IMG/VR virus record: IMGVR_UViG_3300033141_001359
Span: 1-50,180 of that record
Reading direction: 5' to 3' (one strand)
Length of the DNA: 50,180 nt
Source of the DNA: a virus
Taxonomy: Duplodnaviria > Caudoviricetes
In this document: positions 13,641 through 23,409 of the stretch, in pieces
How positions within the stretch are numbered: the first letter of the stretch is position 1
Layout of the letters: each line of letters opens with the position of its first letter
Notes under the pieces: generated by a model
Seen by the model: only the letters and a program-made list of their open reading frames with translations
Databases searched by the model: none
What the model was told of the DNA's origin: nothing
Translations under genes and position numbers: made by a program

Positions 13641-16249
13641 TATGCACCGTCCCTTCCTGGTAGTTTGATGACCCCGATTCCGAGATGGCTGACGCGGATG
13701 CGTGCCGGGTCGCCTGGCGCGGAGATCGTCCATACCTGATTGTCTCTGTTCGCACGGAGAGAGTCAAGCAATATGCCGGGCGACTTGTGGCCGGGACTGA
13801 AGATGTCGTGTAGAATTACGAATCCACCCGACCTGACAAGTGGTACGTAGTTTGTATAGTCCGTAAGCGGCTGCAACCCATCATGGTCGCCATCAATGTG
13901 GAGCACGTCAGCCAGTCCGCCTTCGGCCCACTTTCGGGCATCAAGCAGAGCATCATCAGACCGCTTGTTGACAAATCTCACAATATGGCCTCTGGCTGTC
14001 AACTCGTTTACGGCCCGCTCGAATACCGCTTTCTCCCGACTCATATAGGCGGCCTTGTCAGGCCGGGCGACATACCACTGGGGGGCCGGATGGGGGTCAA
14101 TCAGCAGTATTTCCATGCGTCTGTTTAGCGCGCCTGCCAGCGTCAGAATCCACGTCCCGTTGGCGCAACCGATTTCTATGACCCTACGTACCTGCTTGTC
14201 ACGCAGCAAGCCGACGAGTTGCGCGAATTCGGCGTGAAACTGTTGGAATTCGCCGCCGATATTTTCCGTTTGCTGCTTGCGCGATAGATACAGCGAGACC
14301 GCATCGCCGCTTTCCCACGCCGGAGAATTGAGGAGCGACAGGAGCTGGTCGGCTACGTATTCGGGCGAAAGCGCGACCATGCAGGGCCGTTGGTCCTGCT
14401 TCTCGTATCGGCATTTGTCGGCGCGCGGGTGATCCCAGCAAGGCGCACAATCGTATTCGTCCGCGCGGAGGATGCGGCAGTCTGTCGTCCAGGGCCGATT
14501 CTTGCGCTCGCTAGACGGCCCATATAGGGCGAGTACCGGCGTCCGCACCGCCGCCGCGAGATGTGAGAGCCCGTTGTCAATGCCGATGTAATACCGCGCC
14601 GCCCAGAGGATTCCAGCGGCCTGCGCGATGGTCGTCTTGCCGCACAGGTTCTCACCATACAAACTCATCCAGGGCTGGTCATCTTTCGCCGTGCCGAGGA
14701 AGACGAGCGGGACATCTGCCGCTTTCAACCGCTTGCAGCATTCCGCCCAGTGCGGCCAGCTCTTGGACACGAAGCCAGCACAGCCAATGCCGGCCACAAC
14801 ATAGCCTGTTGATAGGTTCGCGGATACCTGTGGCCATGTGGTCAGTTGACCGCTGGGCATCGGCCCCTTGTAGCCAACGGCTTTCGCTGCCCGGAAATTA
14901 CATTCAACCTCATGCTGCGTCCGCCACGCCCGGTCAACCTCAGCGACCCGTGATTCAATCGGCGTGAAGACCGGCCCCCGAGCCCAGTAGCTACCGGCGA
15001 CATAACGATAATAAGCCAAGTCGGGCTCATCCTTGACAACTTTGCGTACCCACGGCTGTAACTCCAACACTTCTTTCACGTCATCCGCCTGCTCCAGGCC
15101 GCGATCCCATACGTCAACCGGTTCGCCGCTGAGTTCAGAGAGAGCCTTGATAGTCGGTACACACATCAGCACGTTGCCCAGTCCGCCGCCGATGCAGTAG
15201 AGAGCGCGCTGCGCACCTTCGGCAACGTGCCAGTCTGCCGGGAACGGTCGCCTCAGAACCTCTGCGAAGAATTCTGCATCCGAACGCACCTTCCGTTCTG
15301 CAAACTCTCGATGCTGAGCCTCGGCTTCTGACTGGGCGAATATCTCCTCAGCCTTTCTGTCGCCATGCCAGCGTCGAAACCACGGTTGCCAGATGGCATT
15401 CCACGTCTTCTCATCGAACACGACTCGATGCGCATACATCCAGTTTGCCGTGCGATGCCCGTCGGGTATCTCATAGGGACTGAGGGCTTTGCCTTGCGGG
15501 TGATTCCACGAGCGGTATCGGTGGAGTACGCAGACATCCCGATAGACGTATATCGGCGTGTCGCTGAACCATGCCCTGAGCGAGATGCCGAGTTCCTGCG
15601 AACCCCACCAGCCGGGATAGCGGTTCCAGCCGCCGAGCCGGTCGAACGTCTCCCGCGAATAGGCGAAGCTCGAAGGGTTTACCGCCTGAGTCTGAGTCAA
15701 CGTTTCGCTCGGCCACTCGATTGTGTTATCGCAGAACAGGCCGACCTTGCGATGGTCGTGCCGGTCAAACGCGAGGATATGCCCTCCGCAGTATGAATTG
15801 TTCGGCACGCCCTCGGAATCGGCATAGTCGGGACATAATAGGTTGCAGGACTTTGTCCCGTGGCGTTTGCACTTGTCGCCGTGCTTGCAGCTCAGAGGGC
15901 CTACCGGCGGCGTAATGATGCAGGGCGAATGTTCAAGGCAGGCCCGTCCCCAGTCGGCCATAGTTCCCCGCGAAATGCGGTTGTGGGCGTCGAGATGCGC
16001 TATCACGTCCGCCCCGGGGTCAAGTGCGTGCTTCACGCCGACCGATTTCGCCTTCCCGATTCCTATTTTCTTTTCCGGCTTGAGCACGAGAACATCATCG
16101 CCGAGATTCTCGCAGCTTCCGTCGGTCGTGCCGTCGGCGACTACAACCACGTCGAGTTCGCAATCGCCCCTGTGCCTTCGGGCGGAGTCAATTGTCCACC
16201 CTACGTCCGGCCCCTCATTATAGGTATTCAGTACCAAGCACACCTTCAT
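13640..16249 (-). CDS. Triple fusion: GT2 glycosyltransferase, GT9 (heptosyltransferase-like), class I SAM methyltransferase
   Basis: NTYNE...VVVADGTTDGS...HLDAH; GGLGNVLM..P...IGIDNGLSHLAAA...ALYGPS; VIEIGCANG...LHIDGDH...GGFVILHD; GGAGGG RBS at 16249. Confidence 0.85.
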   Translation of the reverse strand: MKVCLVLNTYNEGPDVGWTIDSARRHRGDCELDVVVVADGTTDGSCENLGDDVLVLKPEKKIGIGKAKSVGVKHALDPGADVIAHLDAHNRISRGTMADWGRACLEHSPCIITPPVGPLSCKHGDKCKRHGTKSCNLLCPDYADSEGVPNNSYCGGHILAFDRHDHRKVGLFCDNTIEWPSETLTQTQAVNPSSFAYSRETFDRLGGWNRYPGWWGSQELGISLRAWFSDTPIYVYRDVCVLHRYRSWNHPQGKALSPYEIPDGHRTANWMYAHRVVFDEKTWNAIWQPWFRRWHGDRKAEEIFAQSEAEAQHREFAERKVRSDAEFFAEVLRRPFPADWHVAEGAQRALYCIGGGLGNVLMCVPTIKALSELSGEPVDVWDRGLEQADDVKEVLELQPWVRKVVKDEPDLAYYRYVAGSYWARGPVFTPIESRVAEVDRAWRTQHEVECNFRAAKAVGYKGPMPSGQLTTWPQVSANLSTGYVVAGIGCAGFVSKSWPHWAECCKRLKAADVPLVFLGTAKDDQPWMSLYGENLCGKTTIAQAAGILWAARYYIGIDNGLSHLAAAVRTPVLALYGPSSERKNRPWTTDCRILRADEYDCAPCWDHPRADKCRYEKQDQRPCMVALSPEYVADQLLSLLNSPAWESGDAVSLYLSRKQQTENIGGEFQQFHAEFAQLVGLLRDKQVRRVIEIGCANGTWILTLAGALNRRMEILLIDPHPAPQWYVARPDKAAYMSREKAVFERAVNELTARGHIVRFVNKRSDDALLDARKWAEGGLADVLHIDGDHDGLQPLTDYTNYVPLVRSGGFVILHDIFSPGHKSPGILLDSLRANRDNQVWTISAPGDPARIRVSHLGIGVIKLPGRDGA

Positions 16250-16272
16250 TTGCGTCACCCTCCGTCTCTGAG

Positions 16273-16488
16273 TTATCTCGGCGCATACCATTCGCAATTC
16301 CGACACCGCGTATGCCAGACCTCCTGTCCCCGCTTCGCGCAGTCGAAAATTCGTATCTCGCCACAACAGGGTTTGTGTTCGACGCGCTTGACCGGCCCCT
16401 GATGAATACAGTGGAGTTCCCCGCCTGTCAGCCCTTCGGCGGCTGCCGCCCTCGCCGCCGCGTCTATGCGCCCTAAGAGATTGGTCAT
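16273..16488 (-). CDS. Small Cys-rich protein
   Basis: CIHQG, PCCG, CRNC. Confidence 0.6.
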   Translation of the reverse strand: MTNLLGRIDAAARAAAAEGLTGGELHCIHQGPVKRVEHKPCCGEIRIFDCAKRGQEVWHTRCRNCEWYAPR

Positions 16489-16889
16489 TTCTCACCTCGT
16501 GTCTGTTCAGGCAAGACTCGCTGCGCGATCCCGCGTGCCCGCTTCCTGGGCATTCCCCGCCTGACTGCCTGAACGAGCGCATCCGCCGCAACATCCGTGC
16601 CTGCGCGGTTGCGTAGTATGCGCACTGAACCTTCAATATCGTCTCTCAGCCGCACCCGGCGTTCAGGCATGTCATCCCAATCCCAATGCAGCACGATGCG
16701 GTTTTTCAGCAGTTGGATTATGGACTCCGCAACTATGCGCGATTCGCCCGTCATCTTATGCCCCTGACACTGGCATTCCTCGCAGATACCGATATGCACC
16801 ACATGGACCCAGCCGACAACATCCGATATCAGGCGACATTTCACTAAATCATCACGGCCAATGAGGCTTTCGGCATACGGGCAGGTCAT
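16485..16889 (-). CDS. Hypothetical protein with Cys-rich N-terminus
   Basis: MTCPYA...C...CEECQC; ATGA overlaps. Confidence 0.65.
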   Translation of the reverse strand: MTCPYAESLIGRDDLVKCRLISDVVGWVHVVHIGICEECQCQGHKMTGESRIVAESIIQLLKNRIVLHWDWDDMPERRVRLRDDIEGSVRILRNRAGTDVAADALVQAVRRGMPRKRARGIAQRVLPEQTRGEK

Positions 16890-17644
16890 GTAGCTTCCTC
16901 GCAGTTGTCATAATCGTACTGAAAGGCACAAACGCCAGGTATGCCAATGCACGTATGCAGGGCATAGTAGTAACACTGACCTGACGCACCGGTACATCGG
17001 AACGAACACGGTAGTTCCAGCGTTTCAGCGGTACAGTCTTCGTCCTTCTCGCATTCTGCCCCATGCTCAGATTCGTTGCAGCACTTAAAAACGGTCTTCG
17101 TCACCGTCCTGTCACAGGTCGCCCAGTGTGTGAGAACGTCAGTGGCCGTGGCCACGTCCCGCGTGACGCACTTGCTCCCGCTCATCCGCTCATGGGTCAC
17201 GCACTTTTCGGTTGACACATAGCTATAATCCGTGACCGTCCCGTATTTGACTACCGTGGCCGTCGCCCTCGAGACGCATTCTGAAGCAATCGTGACCTCG
17301 TTCGTCGTCCAGTCCGTAACGACGATATAGCCCGCCGTGAGCGTCGCCATCGTCACCGTGATATGGCCGGGAACCGTCAGCGTTGGATGCTCAAGCGTCA
17401 CTGTCTGGTAGGGTCTGCGCGTGACCGTGCGCGCCCGCGTGATTTCCCTCGTAATGTCCCTATCGCGGCTCGCCGTTCGGTAGCGAGTGGCGGTGAGCCA
17501 TTTCGTGACCGTAGGAATTTTGGCTTCCGAGACAAACCCGCCGAGCCGCCAGACATTGTTCCCGCGATGCTGCAAGTTGAGCGCGGCTACCTCCAGGCAG
17601 CTTGTCGGTATCTCGTTGCCGTTCTCGTCCACGACGAGGATCAT
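16886..17644 (-). CDS. Thr/Val-rich putative tail-tip protein with Cys-rich C-terminus
   Basis: MILVVDENG...; TVT/VT repeats; terminal Cys cluster. Confidence 0.7.
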   Translation of the reverse strand: MILVVDENGNEIPTSCLEVAALNLQHRGNNVWRLGGFVSEAKIPTVTKWLTATRYRTASRDRDITREITRARTVTRRPYQTVTLEHPTLTVPGHITVTMATLTAGYIVVTDWTTNEVTIASECVSRATATVVKYGTVTDYSYVSTEKCVTHERMSGSKCVTRDVATATDVLTHWATCDRTVTKTVFKCCNESEHGAECEKDEDCTAETLELPCSFRCTGASGQCYYYALHTCIGIPGVCAFQYDYDNCEEAT

Positions 17645-18189
17645 GCCGTAACCTCTCGCGTGATGGTGTTGGTCACGATACATTCCGTAACGGTACGCTC
17701 AGCAGTAACCGGCTTGCTCTGGCAGGTCACCGGCTTCGTGACGACTTTGCTGTGGCACGTTAGTTCCCGCGTGATCGTCTCTTCCTTATCGCTCGTAGCA
17801 TACTCCCACCGTGTCGCGGGTTGCGCCTGCGTCTGACAAGTGACTGGACGGGTCACATACTTCCGCGTGCTCTTTTCAACGGTGACGGTCGCCGTGCCGA
17901 CATAGCGCGCCCGCGACATGGTGTACCACTCGGTCACGGTCACGGGTTGCAGCCGCGTCAGCGTGCGCCAGTTCGTCAGCGTGACAATCGGCTCCCGCGT
18001 CGCGGTATATGAGATGATTCGCGTGACCGTCAGGGGGATAACTCGCGTGCATGTCCGCTCCTTCATAGCGGTGGCAGATGCCCCGCCGATTATCGTCCGG
18101 CCCCAGGGCTGGCTGCGGACGTTGATTCCCTCGAAAATAACGGTATCCGCTGGGAGAACTTTACCATCATGGTCAACAATCAGAATCAT
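17641..18189 (-). CDS. Thr/Val-rich putative tail-tip protein, paralog of 16886-17644
   Basis: MILIVDHDG...; VT(R/K)PVTCQ repeats. Confidence 0.7.
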   Translation of the reverse strand: MILIVDHDGKVLPADTVIFEGINVRSQPWGRTIIGGASATAMKERTCTRVIPLTVTRIISYTATREPIVTLTNWRTLTRLQPVTVTEWYTMSRARYVGTATVTVEKSTRKYVTRPVTCQTQAQPATRWEYATSDKEETITRELTCHSKVVTKPVTCQSKPVTAERTVTECIVTNTITREVTA

Positions 18190-18935
18190 TTGAGCTTGAC
18201 CTTGACGATGCCTTGCCAATATCCACGCAAGGTCACGGAACTATCGAGTTGAATTACTTCGGCGACCCCGCCATCGTGCATGTGGCCTCGCCGGTGAACG
18301 GCCACCCCAGACGTCGGGCGCTTGCTGAAGCGTATCACGGCGAAATATGTCCCAGTGCTGAACCGCCCGATGCTGCCCGCCAGCACCTGTGCCGCGCCCA
18401 GCGGAGTCTTCCGAAGGTACGTCTGGTCAGCGACCGTATCCGCCCTGTCCGGTATTTCGCCTTCCATATATTGCGTGACACGGCGGCGTATGCGGGCGAG
18501 ACAAACGCCTGCGAGCCACACGCGCCCGAGCCGGTTTGCCGGAATGTTCTCGGCGCAAATACAGAATCGCCCGAAGCAATGCTCTGTCGGACGGCAAATC
18601 TCCAGGACGCGGTGAGTATAGAATTCCGGCGTACCGAGAAGTTGACCGCTTCCATAAATCGGATCGCCGTCCGCATTGCTGAATGGCGTAATTTGCGCGG
18701 CGTCGAAAATGTTCAGGTCGGTCTCCCCAGTGTTGACCGCCTCGGCAATTTGTGCGGGTTCGGGAAAGTGTTGAGTCCTGTCCGGCGTGGAAATCGTCAA
18801 ACCGCTGGGCGCGATGTTCACCTTCGCACCGTGCGCGCTAGTATTGAAGACCATGTTAGCGGCCTCGGCCAGCGCATTGTAGTCGCGGGCCGTGAATCGT
18901 TCGCCGCGTGTCCGCTGAGGTACGTGCTTCGCCAC
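18186..18935 (-). CDS. Putative tail/baseplate protein
   Basis: Second gene after tape measure; RGERFTARDYNALAEA N-terminus. Confidence 0.6.
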   Translation of the reverse strand: MAKHVPQRTRGERFTARDYNALAEAANMVFNTSAHGAKVNIAPSGLTISTPDRTQHFPEPAQIAEAVNTGETDLNIFDAAQITPFSNADGDPIYGSGQLLGTPEFYTHRVLEICRPTEHCFGRFCICAENIPANRLGRVWLAGVCLARIRRRVTQYMEGEIPDRADTVADQTYLRKTPLGAAQVLAGSIGRFSTGTYFAVIRFSKRPTSGVAVHRRGHMHDGGVAEVIQLDSSVTLRGYWQGIVKVKLK

Positions 18936-18937
18936 GG

Positions 18938-19762
18938 TCAGACTCCGATTCCGAGTTCTGAGAAGTCCTTTTCCACGTATAGACGGGCATAGTGCACGCC
19001 AATTATCCCATAGGTGAGGACTTTCGTCGTCTTATTCCAGTCGCCGGACGTCGTGAACCAGACGTAGTCCCAGCCCCGCTTGTCAACGCTCACGGAACTG
19101 CCGTCAAGCAGTTTGATCTGTTTTGTGACGCTCGCCTGGCCCGCGAAGCGATAAGTCACCTGCCAGCGCTCGTCATCATGCTGCCGCCCGCTTGCGCCGA
19201 GGAACAGCGCCTCCCGCTTGCCGAACTCCTTCCAGGGATACTTGTTGATGCACCCCGTAAAAGCGTATAGTTTGTGCCGGAACGAGTATGGGCAGTGCTC
19301 CCGCCAGTGCGTCTCCACGAGGTTATAGGTGGGCAGGTAGACGTCCGCGCCCTGCGGCGTGGTCTCACCTGGCACGACGCCTATCAACTGTCCGACCTTT
19401 TCCTGATAGCTGGCAGGCCAATGCTCCTGGGTTCCATATTCTTCAGGCATGGCCTTCAGGTTTTCCGTCTGTGCCGAGGTGTCGAATTCAACGGAACTTC
19501 CCCCCGGCTGCTGCCGGTTGCCAGGCTCCCGTGAAAATGTGATTTTCAGGATGCACGCGGAATCGTCGTCGGGGATGGTATCAGCGATCTTGCGCGAGAT
19601 GAACAGCCCCTCGGCGTCGAAGTCGCCGATCTCCCCGCCCCACTGTACGGCCAGACGGGGATTGTTCGTGCCATTGACCCGGTACGTCCGCTCGTAATAC
19701 CGGCGATTCCGCTCCAGCGTGTATCTCGATTCACGCAGCAGTTCGACTGAGCTTATTGCCAT
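18938..19762 (-). CDS. Putative tail hub/distal tail protein
   Basis: Directly after tape measure; EALFLGASG...WQVTYRF...KRGWDYVW. Confidence 0.6.
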   Translation of the reverse strand: MAISSVELLRESRYTLERNRRYYERTYRVNGTNNPRLAVQWGGEIGDFDAEGLFISRKIADTIPDDDSACILKITFSREPGNRQQPGGSSVEFDTSAQTENLKAMPEEYGTQEHWPASYQEKVGQLIGVVPGETTPQGADVYLPTYNLVETHWREHCPYSFRHKLYAFTGCINKYPWKEFGKREALFLGASGRQHDDERWQVTYRFAGQASVTKQIKLLDGSSVSVDKRGWDYVWFTTSGDWNKTTKVLTYGIIGVHYARLYVEKDFSELGIGV

Positions 19763-19768
19763 ATCCTC

Positions 19769-21505
19769 TTATCCTAAAGGTGCGCCAGCGCTGTCACGAA
19801 GCCCCGCTCGAATCTCTTCCTTCAATTGTCGAGTTACATCTACCAGGGTCATTATGCCGTGCAATTGCCTCCGTGGAATGTCCCCTCCGCCCGCGGCCGT
19901 TCCCATGAGCCTCAATAACGCGCCGCTGAAGGTTCCCATCGCCCCCATGCCGCGTCTCGGCTCCGTTACGACTTCGGTCGGCAGTGCCCGTGGGGCCTCC
20001 GAAATCCTGGCACGCTGCGGGATGGCAACCCCGAGCTTCTTCATCCATTCGGCAGGCGCCTTCCAGCCTGGAAAGTAGAATTTCATGGCCTTGAAAAACT
20101 CTTCATTTCTCTTTCGCTCACGCTCTAGAAAACTCGCATCCGCACGCAATGTTTTGCCCCAGTCTTTGATCTGAAGCTTCTCGTCAGTCGTAAGCTTTCT
20201 CCCCTCCACGGCTGCCTGTCTCTGAAGCGATAAGATATTTTCGCGCATTCGGGCTACCTTAGCTTGGGCCTTGACATATCCTGCCAGACGCGCTTGGTAG
20301 GCCGCCTCCGCCGTACCGAGAATGCCTAGCGGAAACTCCGGAGCTTCCTTCTCTTTCGCCTTCAGGCGGCGGCGCAGTTCCTCCATGCTGTCGGCGGCCC
20401 TCGCGCCCCCCTTTGCGACCGCATCCAATGCGTCCGCCTGCGCCTTTGCCGCCTTTGCGCCGGCCTCCATTTCTCTTCCCAGCCTGTGACCTTCCTCCCG
20501 GGCCCGCCTCAGAGGCCCAAGCACGCTCTCTATTTTCGTAATGAGATAACCCGTACCTACGGATATGATACCAATGGCCGCGCTGACAGGGCCTAAAGCC
20601 ACACCCAAGACGCTGGCCGCCTTGCTCGCTGCGGCCATTGCAAGCGCAGCAGCGCCGAGAGCGCCAGCGAGTATGCCCAATGTAAGGCTCGCATTTGCTA
20701 TGGTGCTCGATAGCTCGGAATATTTCTTGCTCGTCGCGAGTGCTTTGTTCGCGGCCTCTGACATTGTAGCGGCGAGCAGTTCAAATGCCGGAGCAAGTTT
20801 CGACCCGATGTGTATTGCCAAACCTTCCGCGCTAGCCTTCAACCGCGTAAATGCGTCCTGCAAGCCCTCTGCGGCAACTGCGGTCTCCGCATCAATTATC
20901 TTCCCCGCTCTCAATGCCTCATCAGCATATCTTCTGAGACCCTCTGCGCCCATGTCGAGAAGAGGAATTAATTCCGTACCCGCGCGCCCGAAGATTTCCT
21001 GGGCAAGGCCAGCCTTTAGGGAAGCATCCTCCACTTTCGATATGCCAGCCGCGAGCATGGCGAATTGTTCTTCGGGCTTTCTGCCGCGCAGCTCATCATA
21101 CGTGAGGCCCAGCATCTTGAACGCATCCAGCGTCGTGGCCATGCCGCGCTCGGCGTACATCATAGAGCGCGCCAGCCGGCGCATACCCTTTTCGACGGCA
21201 TCTAAACTGGCACCAGCGATTTCAGCGGCATAGCCGAGTGCGCTCAGGGCTTCAGTCCCGACGCCGGTGCGCCGTGAGAGTTTCGCAATCCGGTCGCCGT
21301 AGTCAGCGAACTTCTTGGCCGCCAGCGTAAGAGGTACAAGGATCGCGGCGCTCGCGGCCATGAGCTTCAAGCCGATAGCGCCGACCTCCTTGCCGAATTT
21401 CTCCAGCTTCCCCTTCGCCTGGCTCAGCCCCTTGTCGAGCTTGGTCAGGTCGGCGGGAATTTCCACGTAAGCCGAACCTGCCTTTATCGCACCTGCTGCT
21501 GGCAC
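19769..21505 (-). CDS. Tape measure protein
   Basis: Ala-rich helical; AGSAYVEI N-terminus; LSRRTGV..EALS.L.YAA...IFGRAG.ELIPLL; follows tail chaperones. Confidence 0.9.
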   Translation of the reverse strand: MPAAGAIKAGSAYVEIPADLTKLDKGLSQAKGKLEKFGKEVGAIGLKLMAASAAILVPLTLAAKKFADYGDRIAKLSRRTGVGTEALSALGYAAEIAGASLDAVEKGMRRLARSMMYAERGMATTLDAFKMLGLTYDELRGRKPEEQFAMLAAGISKVEDASLKAGLAQEIFGRAGTELIPLLDMGAEGLRRYADEALRAGKIIDAETAVAAEGLQDAFTRLKASAEGLAIHIGSKLAPAFELLAATMSEAANKALATSKKYSELSSTIANASLTLGILAGALGAAALAMAAASKAASVLGVALGPVSAAIGIISVGTGYLITKIESVLGPLRRAREEGHRLGREMEAGAKAAKAQADALDAVAKGGARAADSMEELRRRLKAKEKEAPEFPLGILGTAEAAYQARLAGYVKAQAKVARMRENILSLQRQAAVEGRKLTTDEKLQIKDWGKTLRADASFLERERKRNEEFFKAMKFYFPGWKAPAEWMKKLGVAIPQRARISEAPRALPTEVVTEPRRGMGAMGTFSGALLRLMGTAAGGGDIPRRQLHGIMTLVDVTRQLKEEIRAGLRDSAGAPLG

Positions 21506-21810
21506 CTCTTGAACTCCTCCCAACGTTCCTTGATTTCGTCCTCAGTCAGGGTCTTGGGCAACTTCTTCCTCTGTTCGCGCACCCAGTCATGGAGCCTTGC
21601 GACGCTCATCTGCCGCGATTTGCGGAGCGGATTGAAGTCGTCGGGCTTGACGTTCTTCGCGCCTTGCGACACTGCGAAGATATAACACTGCCAGGCCACC
21701 TGGGCCCATGTGAACTCGGTCACGGCGTCCGCGCGCCATTGTAGTTCGCGCAATGTATAGCCCCACGGCTCGACACCCGAAATAGCAGCTAGCTGGTGGA
21801 TGTCTTTCCA
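21484..21810 (-). CDS. Tail assembly chaperone extension, probably reached by -1 frameshift
   Basis: Frame open from the end of the chaperone: WKDIHQLAAISGVEPWGYTLRELQW...DDFNP. Confidence 0.6.
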   Translation of the reverse strand, partial: WKDIHQLAAISGVEPWGYTLRELQWRADAVTEFTWAQVAWQCYIFAVSQGAKNVKPDDFNPLRKSRQMSVARLHDWVREQRKKLPKTLTEDEIKERWEEFKRCQQQVR

Positions 21811-22136
21811 TGACCAGCCGCGGGAGGGCGGGCTTTCTCTTCGGCCTCTGCTTCCGGGAAGAACTCCGCAATCTCGGTCATCACCGCCGCTGTCATCTCC
21901 CCGACCGCCCGTTTCCCGATGCCGTCAAGCCACGCCTCATAAGTCTTGAGGCCGACCTTCTCCGCCTGCTCTCGCACGGCGAAATAGGCCAGCCGCCAGG
22001 CCAGCCGCACCGGAATCCGCCTCGCAGCCATTTCGGCGAAAAAGTTCTCCTGCGTCTGCGCTTCGCAGTCATCTACCATCCGAGCCGTGAGCCTGAACTC
22101 CCACACGCGGCCCTTTACGTCCTTGAACTGCGCCAT
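21789..22136 (-). CDS. Tail assembly chaperone
   Basis: Between tail tube and tape measure; MAQFKDVKGRVWEFRL...EFFP. Confidence 0.75.
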   Translation of the reverse strand: MAQFKDVKGRVWEFRLTARMVDDCEAQTQENFFAEMAARRIPVRLAWRLAYFAVREQAEKVGLKTYEAWLDGIGKRAVGEMTAAVMTEIAEFFPEAEAEEKARPPAAGHGKTSTS

Positions 22137-22165
22137 TATATCCCTCCTGTTCTGGTTAGCTACCG

Positions 22166-22567
22166 TTAGCTACTCCCCGCCAATGGCGTAAGTGCACCCT
22201 TACTGACGCACGTGATCGAGCACATGACCGCGTTATCGAGGTCTTGCGCGCCCGGGTGGAACTCAGTCACCAGGCAATTGCCCGACCACCCGTAGCCGTC
22301 ATCGTCGGTAATTACGAATGCCAATGTGCTGCGCGCCAGGAATGCCGTCTCGATGGCCTGCAATGCCGTATCCGTCGGCACCCAGAGCATCTCGGTCGTG
22401 AAGCTCATGTCGAGCAGGCCCACCTGCCTGTTCCGCCAGCCACCGTCGCCTCGCGTCGTCGTATCCTGCTCGGCACCCGTGAAAGTCGGGTCGACACTGC
22501 GCGCTATCCCGACCGTGTTGCCGCCGAATTGCAGGACACACTCGAAGCCTCTCTTTCCTTCCGCCAT
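22166..22567 (-). CDS. Major tail (tube) protein
   Basis: EQDTTTRGDGGWRN...GLLDMSF; position after tail terminator. Confidence 0.8.
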   Translation of the reverse strand: MAEGKRGFECVLQFGGNTVGIARSVDPTFTGAEQDTTTRGDGGWRNRQVGLLDMSFTTEMLWVPTDTALQAIETAFLARSTLAFVITDDDGYGWSGNCLVTEFHPGAQDLDNAVMCSITCVSKGALTPLAGSS

Positions 22568-22570
22568 CGT

Positions 22571-22993
22571 TTATTCCTCCAAAATCCGAACCATGATCCG
22601 TATGAGGTAACCCGGAAACCCATCCGGGTCGGTCAACTTTTGCGGGGGATACGCATAGCAGCCAACCTCACTGTATCCCGTCACCGTCAAGTGTGCACGG
22701 TCGAGGGTCGTCCAGACAACCTCCGCGAGGTCGCGGAGCAATTTCTGGCTCCGGCTCTTGTCGCCCCAGATATTCACGTCCGCGTCCATTTCCGCGCCGC
22801 GCTTCGCTCGCGTGCCGAACCTATCCCCGCCAGCTTCGGTCACGACTATCGCGGGAAGCTCGCAGTCATGCGGTATCGGCTCGATGGTAAAGACCGCCGG
22901 CCCCAGTACATCGCCCCCGAAATCGTATGTAGCAAGTTCGCTCGTTACTGCGAGCGTGTCTATTAGCTTGTCGCGTATCGCTTCGGCAATCAT
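22571..22993 (-). CDS. Tail terminator/completion protein (DUF3168-like)
   Basis: LPAIVV...DVNIW...LAEVV..LDRAHL; synteny. Confidence 0.75.
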   Translation of the reverse strand: MIAEAIRDKLIDTLAVTSELATYDFGGDVLGPAVFTIEPIPHDCELPAIVVTEAGGDRFGTRAKRGAEMDADVNIWGDKSRSQKLLRDLAEVVWTTLDRAHLTVTGYSEVGCYAYPPQKLTDPDGFPGYLIRIMVRILEE

Positions 22994-23409
22994 TTCACAC
23001 AACCCCCGAACTGTCGTGCAAACTTCGACTTTTCACGGTTCAATGCGGGCCGCATAAACGGTCGTTTGGGATGATACCGCCCCCCGAACTCATGTACCTT
23101 GCCATACCATGCCTCCCTCGTAGGGCCGACAATTGCCAGGGTCGGGCTGACCATAGCGTGCGTGATGCTCGCCCGAAGGTTGCCCGTCTGTACGTGCGGC
23201 GGGGTGCCGGGGGCGGAGGGCGTTCCCCTGGCACGGCCACCGCGCGGGCCGCGAGCTTTCGCAGGCCGCCCGCCCTTCTTCATACTCCGCTTCGCCTCGT
23301 TCTCGACAAGCAGGGCGCACTTCGTCAACGGCGACTTGACCGACGATTTCACTCGCCGCATGACCGCTGCTTTCTCTACCCTGATTTGCGATACGCGCAT
23401 TGAAATCAT
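22990..23409 (-). CDS. HK97 gp10-like neck protein
   Basis: SAPGTPPHVQTGNLRASI...YGKVHEFG...KRPFMRPAL. Confidence 0.85.
   Translation of the reverse strand: MISMRVSQIRVEKAAVMRRVKSSVKSPLTKCALLVENEAKRSMKKGGRPAKARGPRGGRARGTPSAPGTPPHVQTGNLRASITHAMVSPTLAIVGPTREAWYGKVHEFGGRYHPKRPFMRPALNREKSKFARQFGGCVK

Noticed and set aside
16250-16636. N-terminal 129 aa of the 998-aa ORF-track call (and similar upstream extensions of other ORFs)
   Set aside because: Overlaps two better genes; the RBS and domain start point to ATG 16249.
16886-18189. Diversity-generating retroelement targets
   Set aside because: No reverse transcriptase and no TR/VR pair differing at adenines was seen.
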